Positions 1 to 8,360 of a stretch of 64,000 bases of DNA are shown in pieces. Source of the stretch: Candidatus Thorarchaeota archaeon (lineage in GTDB: Archaea; Asgardarchaeota; Thorarchaeia; Thorarchaeales; Thorarchaeaceae); NCBI GenBank assembly GCA_003345545.1, contig PRDH01000012.1:1-64000 (forward strand), in the 5' to 3' direction. Every line of letters begins with the position of its first letter. Position 1 is the stretch's first letter. The translations under genes and the position numbers were made by a program. The notes under the pieces are model-generated. The model saw only the letters and a program-made list of their open reading frames with translations. It was not told the DNA's origin and ran no database searches.

Positions 1-89
1 AAGAGCGGCGACAAGTAGAGCCATTGTTGTTCACTTTCGAAAGCATTTTCAATTCGCCGATTCTCTACCCAGGTCGGACTGTGACCTGA

Positions 90-737
90 TTGAAACGTGG
101 CCCCTATGATGAATACATCGATGTTCACGAGAATCTTTTGCCATATGCAGACGTCGTGAGATTCTTCGAGGAGCTTGAACGAAATGATGATGTCAAGTCA
201 TACTGCAATGGATCAAACATTGCGGGGAGATGGTTCTTTCAGATCTATAGCAGGGAGTTCATCGAGGAGCTTGCATCAATTGTCACGGAATCTCTTGCTA
301 TGACTGAGAACAGCGGCACTGTGTTAGAAGTGATGAGTGGGGATGGAAGGCTCACAGAATTCCTTCAGCCATACATTCAGAGCCGAATCATTGCCACGGA
401 TGCCAAGGATGGACGCTACGATATTGCATACCCCAAGTGGGTGGAATCATTGGATGCTAATGAATCTGCGAAGAGATACGCACCATCGTTCATACTCATG
501 AGTTGGGAGCCGTATCTTTCGATGACTGGCCTTGATATCGTGGCCGTGGGGATTCCGACGGCATGGATTGGTGACCCCAAGATGTGCGGGCATCCCGATT
601 TGTTTGAAACTCCACATATTCCTCTGAAGAGCCGCTACGCACTCAGCCGACATGACTCTTTTCTACGACGTGACTTCAAGACGGATGTCTTCCTGTTCAA
701 TTGCAGCCCTGACATCATCAAGTCCGTTCAGAGGTGA
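90..737 (+). CDS. Hypothetical protein, possible class I SAM-dependent methyltransferase-like fold
   Basis: 215-aa ORF; VLEVMSGDGRL resembles SAM-binding motif I, followed by IIATD (acidic residue at end of beta2). Confidence 0.5.
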   Translation: MKRGPYDEYIDVHENLLPYADVVRFFEELERNDDVKSYCNGSNIAGRWFFQIYSREFIEELASIVTESLAMTENSGTVLEVMSGDGRLTEFLQPYIQSRIIATDAKDGRYDIAYPKWVESLDANESAKRYAPSFILMSWEPYLSMTGLDIVAVGIPTAWIGDPKMCGHPDLFETPHIPLKSRYALSRHDSFLRRDFKTDVFLFNCSPDIIKSVQR

Positions 738-797
738 TACACTGCTTCATATCTTCCCGGCATACAACAGACCCATGAGTCGATAGAAGGTCTTGGT

Positions 798-1739
798 ATG
801 GTGAAGGCTACAGTTGATGCGGTGGACATCGATCTAAAGACAGGTACAACTCTTGGGTTCTACACACTCGGAGAGGAGCGACCGAATCTGCTTATCATCG
901 CAGCAATGGACGGAGGGTCTGCTACAGGTGTCTATGCGAGCTATCTGATCATGAAGCATCTTGAACGACTAGATCGCGTCGATGGATCGGTGACCATTTT
1001 GCCTGTGGCGAATCCGCTTGCCTTCCGGCTAGGAACAAAGGTCTCTCCCCTAGACTCAAAGGACCTGGACTCTGTATTTCCAGGTGATGAGCACGGAACA
1101 GTCACTGAGAGAACAGCATGGGAGATCTGGAGAAGGGCATCACAGGCAGACTACATCATACACCTCAAGACGAACCGACAGAACTGTATTAGTCACGTCT
1201 CCGGTATGCACAGAGAGTATATCCATGTGAGGAATCTAGCATCTCAGATTGCGCTCCCCAACACAGTCCAATGCTCAGGTCAACGAGGGTCGCTGATAAC
1301 GGAAGCAGCGCATGAAGGGATCCCTGTGGTCTCGATTGAGATGCGCGGTGATGTTGACCAGGTGGATTCACAAGCAGCAGTGGAAGTCCGTGAGGCAATT
1401 CTGAACTTCATGCGAATCAAGGACATGATCACAGGGGAAAGAATAGAGACCTCTGTCACCCTCTCAGGAAGACTGAAGCACATCAATGCTGAAACTGAGG
1501 GCTTCTTTGTCCCAGTGGTCAATCTTGGAGAGAACGTCAAGAATGGAACAGTCATTGGCAAGGTTCAGGACAAGACAAACATCGTTTCTGCCTTTGACGG
1601 AGTAGTAATCTCCCTGAGTCGCATGAATTATGTTTTTGAGGGAGATATGATAGCAAGAATTGCTCCACCTCTGGGAGAACCAAGACCCAGTACCGGCAAA
1701 GAGGATGAGGAGCAGATTCCGAAACGTAGGAAATGGTGA
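798..1739 (+). CDS. Succinylglutamate desuccinylase/aspartoacylase (M14-like) family protein, probably catalytically degenerate
   Basis: ILPVANPLAF, DLDSVFPGD..GT.TER, SIE and C-terminal biotinyl-like domain (GFFVP..V.LGE.V..G..IG). Zn ligands HxxE appear as DGGS. Confidence 0.8.
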   Translation: MVKATVDAVDIDLKTGTTLGFYTLGEERPNLLIIAAMDGGSATGVYASYLIMKHLERLDRVDGSVTILPVANPLAFRLGTKVSPLDSKDLDSVFPGDEHGTVTERTAWEIWRRASQADYIIHLKTNRQNCISHVSGMHREYIHVRNLASQIALPNTVQCSGQRGSLITEAAHEGIPVVSIEMRGDVDQVDSQAAVEVREAILNFMRIKDMITGERIETSVTLSGRLKHINAETEGFFVPVVNLGENVKNGTVIGKVQDKTNIVSAFDGVVISLSRMNYVFEGDMIARIAPPLGEPRPSTGKEDEEQIPKRRKW

Positions 1740-2179
1740 CAGTGGACAAGAACTGCTGCGAAATCCAGCATCTTATGCGAACCAATGTTGGGGACCAGAC
1801 GCTACGAGATAAGGGCGGACTCCTGCTGATCGGGAGCTGCATGGAGAGATACCCCGACATCGTTAAGAGTCTCTCGGAGAGAGACGGAGGACTCACTGTC
1901 CTTCATGTGTGTCTGGAAGAGACACATGTCAATCAGGCAGGATTCAAGATTGGCTCCATCATCAAGTACGCAGGCATCACTGGAGTAACGGTCCTGACCA
2001 TCGACGGAAGTCCCCACTGTGTGCAGCTGCACTACGTTGTCGAAGATATCAAGCGACACTTTGCTCCTGAGATTTCAACAAAACATTATGTTCTCGAGAG
2101 GGGGGAAGTCTACGAGGTCTCGCCGGAGGCAGTGAAGAGGTCTCGACATCTCTCAAAGATAGAGAAGATGATGAAGTGA
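1733..2179 (+). CDS. Cys-containing putative Fe-S protein
   Basis: LLLIGSC, HVCLEE and TIDGSPHCVQLH motifs; overlaps upstream gene by 7 nt. Confidence 0.6.
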   Translation: MVTVDKNCCEIQHLMRTNVGDQTLRDKGGLLLIGSCMERYPDIVKSLSERDGGLTVLHVCLEETHVNQAGFKIGSIIKYAGITGVTVLTIDGSPHCVQLHYVVEDIKRHFAPEISTKHYVLERGEVYEVSPEAVKRSRHLSKIEKMMK

Positions 2180-2198
2180 TTTACACTTGAAACTCAGC

Positions 2199-2777
2199 TC
2201 ATAGCCTAGGAAGAATGAACCCAGCCTTCTTCTTGTAGTCCCTGTATTCTTGTCCATAGTGAAGTAGCAGTTTTCGTTCTTCGAGTAATGCCCCCATGAT
2301 TGTATAGACAATCATCGACAGGGCAAACACTATGACCACAGGGAATGGATAGAGGAACGCCATGGCACCAAAGACCATTATGGTCGCAAGATAGAGGGGA
2401 TGCCGTACTCGAGCATAGATGCCATCTGTGACAAGCTCAGGTCGTCGGTCTGTCCGCATATCCGCCACGGTGCTGACGGATATTACCTTCGAGGCTTGCA
2501 TAGCAATGATTGCACCAGAAACAAACAGCAAAATGCCTATTATTAGCAGAATCGGTTGGATAAGCGCGGGTTCAGTCAGGAAATAGAGCCAGTTCCAGAA
2601 GTTCATCGACAAGAACGCAAGAAGGAGCGTCAGCACACTAGTAGTATTGAAGAGGCGTGCGTATCCCTTCTTTCCCCATTTGTCAATGATCCACGATTTG
2701 ACACTCAGGGAAGACACTCCACTGTGCTGTATCCCAAAGATGGATGATGCCAGGATGATTAGTGCATATTCGATCAA
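2199..2777 (-). CDS. Isoprenylcysteine carboxylmethyltransferase (ICMT/PEMT)-family membrane protein
   Basis: LVTDGIYARVRHPLY and EERKL...YGQEY..Y signatures; several TM segments. Confidence 0.85.
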   Translation of the reverse strand: MIEYALIILASSIFGIQHSGVSSLSVKSWIIDKWGKKGYARLFNTTSVLTLLLAFLSMNFWNWLYFLTEPALIQPILLIIGILLFVSGAIIAMQASKVISVSTVADMRTDRRPELVTDGIYARVRHPLYLATIMVFGAMAFLYPFPVVIVFALSMIVYTIMGALLEERKLLLHYGQEYRDYKKKAGFILPRL

Positions 2778-2834
2778 CGGACTTGCCTCGGTCTGTAAGT
2801 CGTAATTCAGACATATAATCCTATGACAGAAGGC

Positions 2835-2876
2835 TTATAAGTTAACTATTGTGTAGATAACTATAGTTAATATATA
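2835..2876. promoter_or_regulatory. AT-rich divergent promoter region with palindromic operator candidate
   Basis: TTATAA TATA-like box; palindromes AGTTAACT (2840-2847) and TAACTATAGTTA (2858-2869); TAACTAT repeated 15 nt apart; GGTGA SD before 2893. Confidence 0.5.
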
Positions 2877-2892
2877 CTTAGGTGAATGAAAA

Positions 2893-3465
2893 ATGAGTGA
2901 AGTGCTAAAGAATCCGTTCACACCCGTCGAGACGTGGGAAGACACGAAGGTCACTATCGAAGAGGGTGACGAGAAGAAGAAAGTTGATGCCAAGTACTAC
3001 AGGATTCGCTATCTGGTTGGAGAGAGCGAAGACCGCCAGTTCATAGACAGTGGCAGTGATGAAGTTGCGAAGATGTCTGAGAAGACTATTTTCCTCAGCC
3101 CAGCCATCCACCGATTGACTGGAGATCCATTCCACTACGATAGGAGCAGGGTTGAGTCCCTGAGTGGAGAGGAAGAGATCAAAGAGCGAACAAAGTATCT
3201 GGACAGGCGGCCAGCATGTGAGGACCACAAGACAATCGAAGTCATTTTCGAGAGTCCGGGGGTTGAATGTTGTGCAATGAGTATGGAAGAGGCTGACAAA
3301 AAAGAAGTTCCTCTCCAATACATCGCTGGATACACGCTTGGTAAGACAAAAGGCCTGCTAAAAGTTGCTCTCTCAAGAACGATCCTAGATAATGGCAAGG
3401 AGTATTATGACAACATCCATATTATTCCTGAGTCAGCAGTCAAACAGTGGGCATGTCTTGAGTAG
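2893..3465 (+). CDS. Hypothetical protein
   Basis: 190-aa ORF with SD (AGGTGA) and coding-like composition. Confidence 0.75.
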   Translation: MSEVLKNPFTPVETWEDTKVTIEEGDEKKKVDAKYYRIRYLVGESEDRQFIDSGSDEVAKMSEKTIFLSPAIHRLTGDPFHYDRSRVESLSGEEEIKERTKYLDRRPACEDHKTIEVIFESPGVECCAMSMEEADKKEVPLQYIAGYTLGKTKGLLKVALSRTILDNGKEYYDNIHIIPESAVKQWACLE

Positions 3466-3670
3466 AGATTCCACAAACAGAGAGGACGAATGCTCGATTA
3501 CTCCTTGGTTCTGCGGGCACCACACCGCTAGTAACTTCTCTCTCAGTCGAGCGTTCACCTCTCCCCTTTTCTTGAGGGTGGCGAGATTGAGCCCTGACCA
3601 CATATGGCAGTCTGGTATGTGAGAGCGGAGGCTCAATGCTGATCTGAGAAACACCGAGTCATATCTCTGA

Positions 3671-3997
3671 ATGAGATTATATTGTCCACAGAGGAATGAA
3701 GTGCAAAGAGAAAGAGGGATTCTGCCGGTGTTTCAGAAGATAGAAAACGCTGATGAGCAATATTTGTCAGGATGGGAGGACGTGCGTGCAGCCCTTCAGC
3801 AAGTGGAGAAGATCAGACAGACTGGACAGGATGCACGAGTTGAGGTCATAAATGCTGTCGCAAACACCACGCTCAGAATTACACTGCGTTCAACGAAAGA
3901 GTTGGACGAGTACTTCAATTCTCACCTACGACGACTGATTCTTGATGGTCTCACAGAGGATTCCTCATGTGTGTCGGGAAGGATTATCCTCTCGTGA
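3671..3997 (+). CDS. Hypothetical protein (start may be GTG ~3729)
   Basis: 108-aa ORF with protein-like composition filling the intergenic space. Confidence 0.6.
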   Translation: MRLYCPQRNEVQRERGILPVFQKIENADEQYLSGWEDVRAALQQVEKIRQTGQDARVEVINAVANTTLRITLRSTKELDEYFNSHLRRLILDGLTEDSSCVSGRIILS

Positions 3998-4089
3998 CGG
4001 TCTGATTGTCCGTACATACTATTGAGAATGATGTATTCTCCTGAAAAGAGTAAGGCGGATTTGCTTCGTACAAGAGCTCTTCCATGCTT

Positions 4090-4100
4090 AAACTTATATA
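4090..4100 (+). promoter_or_regulatory. BRE/TATA promoter of tfb
   Basis: AAACTTATATA about 100-150 nt upstream of the candidate tfb starts. Confidence 0.5.
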
Positions 4101-4196
4101 CGCTAGAATTGCGCTTGGAGAAGGTCTTCTATTGAGTTACAGTTCTGTAATTCCCTGCGAAGCATATCAACGACAATATGACAAGAAGAATCAAAG

Positions 4197-5150
4197 GTGA
4201 CAGCAATGGCAAAGTCAGTACGAGCCACAGCGGACAGGCGAAATGGAATGGCGATATGTTCAGTCTGTGGCGGCAGTGATTTCTACGAAGACCTCACACG
4301 TGGTGAGAACATCTGTACGTCATGTGGCTGCGTGATGAATGAACACGTTCTAGACGCTGGCCCTGAATGGAGAGCCTTCACTGCCGAAGAGAGAAATGCC
4401 AGAGCAAGAACTGGTTCTCCGATGACCTTGACCATGGCTGACAAGGGTCTCGCAACTACTATTGGGTGGTCGGACCGTGACGCGAATGGCCGAGCTATCG
4501 CTGCAAACAGCAGGGCTGCCATCTATCGGATGAGAAAGTGGCAGATCAGGACTCTTGTACACAGCTCTCAGCACCGGAACCTGAGCATTGCAATGAGCGA
4601 GATGGACAGACTGACTTCTCAGCTCGGTATTCCTCATGAAACAAAGGAGACCTCAGCCCTCGTTTACCGAAAGGCGCTGGGTAGGCGTCTTGTCAGAGGC
4701 AGAAGCATTGAAGGCATGGTGGCTGCAACAATCTACCTCTCATGTCGAATTCATAAGATACCCAGACAGCTCGATGAGATAGTGACCGAGGCGCGGGTCA
4801 ACAGGAAGGAGCTCGGCCAGTGTGTTCGACTCATCCTGAGGAACGTTGATGTCAGGGTGCCAATTCCATCAGCAAATGACCTCATGCCAAGAATCTCTGC
4901 GGATCTCAACCTCGATGGGAAGACGGTGCAGACAGCTATGAACATCATCAACGAGGCACGGGACAGAGGTATCACTGCCGGCAAGGATCCAGGCGGTCTT
5001 GCTGCAGCTGCGCTCTACATCGCAGGTATCATCGAGGATGACAGACGGACTCAGAGAGAGATTGCCGAGGCTTCAAATGTGACAGAGGTCACCGTGAGGA
5101 ACAGATACAAGGATCTCGCCCAGAGCCTCCAGATCACAATCAAGCCATAG
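4197..5150 (+). CDS. tfb: Transcription initiation factor IIB, paralog 1
   Basis: Zn ribbon CSVC..CTSC, B-reader GPEWRAF, two cyclin repeats, GKDPGGLAAAALY, VTEVTVRNRYK; true start may be 4206 or 4248. Confidence 0.97.
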   Translation: MTAMAKSVRATADRRNGMAICSVCGGSDFYEDLTRGENICTSCGCVMNEHVLDAGPEWRAFTAEERNARARTGSPMTLTMADKGLATTIGWSDRDANGRAIAANSRAAIYRMRKWQIRTLVHSSQHRNLSIAMSEMDRLTSQLGIPHETKETSALVYRKALGRRLVRGRSIEGMVAATIYLSCRIHKIPRQLDEIVTEARVNRKELGQCVRLILRNVDVRVPIPSANDLMPRISADLNLDGKTVQTAMNIINEARDRGITAGKDPGGLAAAALYIAGIIEDDRRTQREIAEASNVTEVTVRNRYKDLAQSLQITIKP

Positions 5151-5493
5151 TGGCTACGAATCTCTCCATACTCCTCACTTCTGATTCACTACATTCATGA
5201 CCTATCTCTTACATTATAGTGTGAGTGAAACTCAACTGCAAGAAACCCATCTTTTTGGTCGCACACGAATCTTGTCAAGTAGTCTTAAGCATTGAGGATT
5301 TGTCACATAGAACAGGTTTCGCTGAAAGAACAGCCCGGTCATTAGTTTTATCTGAATATCCCTTACACTTCAGAATTAAGCACTGAGTTTACCCTTTAAC
5401 TCAACAGTGGAAGGGTGTTCAGTTCTAGTTCTCAGCTGTAAGAATTGTAGAAAGAAAAAAAGAATGTGTGCCATAGCATATGAAGGAATAGAA

Positions 5494-6522
5494 ATGCTGG
5501 ACGAATATGGTGGAGTGTTGCTCAGATGTGATGAGCTACAGTATCATTCATTACCAAGTAGGGAACAGTTGACTAAACAGCTGGTTAAGAATCTAGAAGC
5601 CGCATTGAGAGAACATGCTGTTTCATTCAATGAAATTCAACCAGCATGCCAGTTTATTTACATTAAAACTACCAATATATCAGAAGTCACTAGAGTTAGT
5701 TCTGGAGTCTTTGGTGTTTCATCAGTATCTCCAGTTATTGTTTCTTCTACAATTGACGCTGATTCTCTCCCTTCAAATCACGCATTCTACAAAGAGGAAT
5801 GTGACAACAAAGTGTTCCTGTCAACAGAGAAAGTTGATGGAGTGGGTGGCTTACCTACCGGGTCTCAAGGAAGAGTAGTGTGCACGATTTCTGGAGGTCT
5901 TGATTCTCCTATTGCTGCCTACAAGATGATGAAGCGGGGATGTGTCCCAGTCTTTCTTCATTTCGATAATGTGCCATATGGGGATGAGTCAACACGAAAC
6001 CTGGCAATCAGACAAGCAAAAAGACTCTCTGAATATATCCACGGTCATGAAATCAAGATGTATGTTGTGCCACATGGCGATGATCTGACTGAAGTGCTTA
6101 GGCATGCACCCCGAAAAATGACATGTATCTTCTGTAGAAGAAATATGTATAGATTAGCTCAGGAAGTAGCCCTTCTAGAAAATGCAGATGCGATTGTGAC
6201 TGGTGAGATCATTGGAGAACAGGCTTCACAGACAACTCGGAATCTTCTAGCAGAGAATAGCGCGATATCTGAGATTCCCATCATGAGACCATGCATTGGA
6301 GATGATAAGGTTGAAGTTGAAAAGATGGCAATGAAGATTCGAACATACGACTTTGCACAAGAGGCTGTTTCGTGCTGCTCTCTGCCGCCAAAGTATCCTA
6401 CTGTATGCTCCAAGCTCGACATCATTGATCCCATAGAAGAGAAGATGAACATGGACTGGAAAGCCTCAGAAATATCTGAAGCTGAGGTCATTATCCTGAA
6501 GGACGGTAATGCAAATGACTGA
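5494..6522 (+). CDS. thiI: tRNA 4-thiouridine synthase ThiI-like protein, apparently lacking most of the THUMP domain
   Basis: GVGGLPTGSQG, PP-loop SGGLDS, CIFCRR (archaeal Fe-S CxxC), TGEIIGEQASQT; start placed at ATG 5494. Confidence 0.85.
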   Translation: MLDEYGGVLLRCDELQYHSLPSREQLTKQLVKNLEAALREHAVSFNEIQPACQFIYIKTTNISEVTRVSSGVFGVSSVSPVIVSSTIDADSLPSNHAFYKEECDNKVFLSTEKVDGVGGLPTGSQGRVVCTISGGLDSPIAAYKMMKRGCVPVFLHFDNVPYGDESTRNLAIRQAKRLSEYIHGHEIKMYVVPHGDDLTEVLRHAPRKMTCIFCRRNMYRLAQEVALLENADAIVTGEIIGEQASQTTRNLLAENSAISEIPIMRPCIGDDKVEVEKMAMKIRTYDFAQEAVSCCSLPPKYPTVCSKLDIIDPIEEKMNMDWKASEISEAEVIILKDGNAND

Positions 6523-6820
6523 CCCTTTCATCATCAAGCTCTGTTCTGGCAAAGTTGCCTTTGAGGTCAAATCCAAGACTAGAGTCAAACTTGATTTGAC
6601 ATCGTTCAGTGAGGAATTGGCTACCCTAATGAAAATGAAGATTCGAGTCAGTCTTCCAGTGATTCTGATTCTTGAGGGTGATGATGGTCGTTCTATCACA
6701 ATCTATCCATCAGGTCGACTGCTTCTCCGCAAGTTTCCTACTGAAGAGAGTGTGAGGCAGGCTACTCTGCTCCTCTCACCAAAGCTCTATTCTTCTGTAA
6801 GCAATGGTTCATCAAGATAA
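6509..6820 (+). CDS. Small hypothetical protein overlapping thiI
   Basis: 103 aa; beta-rich ITIYPSGRLLL motif reminiscent of TBP-like folds; overlaps the thiI stop. Confidence 0.65.
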   Translation: MQMTDPFIIKLCSGKVAFEVKSKTRVKLDLTSFSEELATLMKMKIRVSLPVILILEGDDGRSITIYPSGRLLLRKFPTEESVRQATLLLSPKLYSSVSNGSSR

Positions 6821-7241
6821 ATCTCTAAGATGAAGGCTCGAAGTACAGGCGACTGGGGCAGGTGTTCAGGGAACTTGCCCGTTCCTCACACTGTTGAGCC
6901 CCCTCTCATTTTGTCTTCAATACAAGTAGCCATATGGAGGGCTCCTCCTCATTAAACCACTACGGCTTATTTCTACTCTGGCCATGAAAAGGTTGCTATC
7001 TATTTGATTGAGGGCGGCGACCACACAGGGAATCGTGGTAGGAGGGGGGAGTTTCGTAATTGAGGGTATGTAACGAAAACAAGCCTGTGTGCTCGCCATG
7101 GGACTGTGCCAACCAACTCCCACACACAATTGTTTCACGACCTTCCTAATAAATCAAGATATTATATTCCAGACGCTTTCAGACTGACGATGATGAAGCA
7201 ATTAGCTAGGAGCTTGTATCGTCCATACAAGACGTGAGAGC

Positions 7242-7412
7242 ATGACAACGAACATTCGTGATAGGATTGAGGAGTTCAGCAACGCTCAGCTTGATGCTGT
7301 GATTGAGGTACTTGAGCCGTTTGACATTGAGGAGTGGGATGAGGAGTCCGCAGAGTATGGCCTCTGTGATGATCGGCAGGATGTGGAGAACGCGCTCATC
7401 GTAGTCCAGTGA
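7242..7412 (+). CDS. Small acidic protein, 56 aa (not in ORF track)
   Basis: Read manually: MTTNIRDRIEEFSNAQLDAVIEVLEPFDIEEWDEESAEYGLCDDRQDVENALIVVQ*; GTGAGAG upstream; co-oriented with pstk. Confidence 0.5.
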   Translation: MTTNIRDRIEEFSNAQLDAVIEVLEPFDIEEWDEESAEYGLCDDRQDVENALIVVQ

Positions 7413-7462
7413 TAGTGAGGAGAGGGCTACATTCATCTATCAGTTAGTCAAGGGCATATCGA

Positions 7463-8224
7463 TTGATCATGGAGCAATTCCTACTTGCCCTCTGCGGACT
7501 GCCTAGCTCTGGAAAGACCACTCTCGCACATGCAATCAGAGAAGCACTGGATGCCAATGTCACAATTGTGTCGAGTGATGACTGGCGTGACGCAGACTAC
7601 TACACAGATTGGCGACCCCAGAGAGAGCGATTGGTTCGGCAAGCCACTCTGGCAAAAGTAGACGAACTTCTCAGGCAGGGAAAGAGCGTGATCGATGATG
7701 ATACGAACTACTACGAGAGCATGCGTCATGAACTGTTCAAGATTGCTCTTGAGAGAGAGTGCATATTCGCCATTGCCCACGTGACCACGTCGTTAGAGGA
7801 TGCTATCTCATGGAATAGCAAGAGAGAGAGCACGGAAATCACTGAGGACATCATTAGGCGCATAGACGAACGGTTCGATCCGCCGGGAGGACGATATCTG
7901 TGGGACTATCCAGCGGCAGAGGTGGACATGGCAGGCCAGAACCTTGATTCAGCGGTCGCGAAGATACTCAAGATTCTTGATAGCCTCAAGATTGCAGAGG
8001 AGCAAGAACCGACAAGAATCACTGAGAGAACTGGTGAGATGATTGACAAGACCACAAGAGAGGCAGTCACAGAGTTTCTCGAAAAACATCCAGAACTGCG
8101 GGGAAATCGGGAGGTCTCAGATGTTCGCCGTAGTGTGCTCAAGAAGGCAATCGAGAGCAATTTGGACACGATAGCGGCGAGGAGAATGACACTGAAGCGA
8201 CTACGAGGACTTCTGGATAGATAG
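7463..8224 (+). CDS. pstK: L-seryl-tRNA(Sec) kinase (PSTK)
   Basis: P-loop GLPSSGKTT, DDTNYYESMR, RFDPPG..Y.WD; adjacent to tRNA-Sec. Confidence 0.9.
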   Translation: MIMEQFLLALCGLPSSGKTTLAHAIREALDANVTIVSSDDWRDADYYTDWRPQRERLVRQATLAKVDELLRQGKSVIDDDTNYYESMRHELFKIALERECIFAIAHVTTSLEDAISWNSKRESTEITEDIIRRIDERFDPPGGRYLWDYPAAEVDMAGQNLDSAVAKILKILDSLKIAEEQEPTRITERTGEMIDKTTREAVTEFLEKHPELRGNREVSDVRRSVLKKAIESNLDTIAARRMTLKRLRGLLDR

Positions 8225-8225
8225 A

Positions 8226-8316
8226 TGGCGGCCTTCTAAGAGAATCGAACTCTTATCGCTTGCACGATCATGGGTTTGAAGCCCACGGAGCCAGACCACT
8301 TGCTCTATAGAAGGCC
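8226..8316 (-). tRNA. selC: tRNA-Sec (anticodon UCA), 9/4 archaeal/eukaryotic fold, encoded CCA
   Basis: Reverse complement: GGCCTTCTA TA GAGCAAG TGGT CTGGCTC CGTGGG CTTCAAA CCCATG ATCG TGCAAG CGAT A AGAG TTCGATT CTCT TAGAAGGCC GCCA; 9-bp acceptor, long D stem, 6-bp anticodon stem, variable arm, 4-bp T stem, G discriminator. Confidence 0.97.
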
Positions 8317-8360
8317 ACAAGTGAGCACAAGAAATAAGCTACTGCGCTGCTTTTAAGAAT

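Noticed and set aside
735-797. TGA stop of ORF 90-737 is in frame with, and open to, the next gene (possible Sec readthrough fusion)
   Set aside because: No Cys-like motif context, the two domains are unrelated, no SECIS is visible, and 20 open codons arise easily by chance
3433-3654. 73-aa minus-strand ORF
   Set aside because: Overlaps the neighbour's 3' end and has no motif; may be spurious or a remnant
6917-7436. Minus-strand ORFs 6917-7138 and 7206-7436
   Set aside because: No recognisable motifs; better explained by a structured RNA candidate and the + strand acidic ORF
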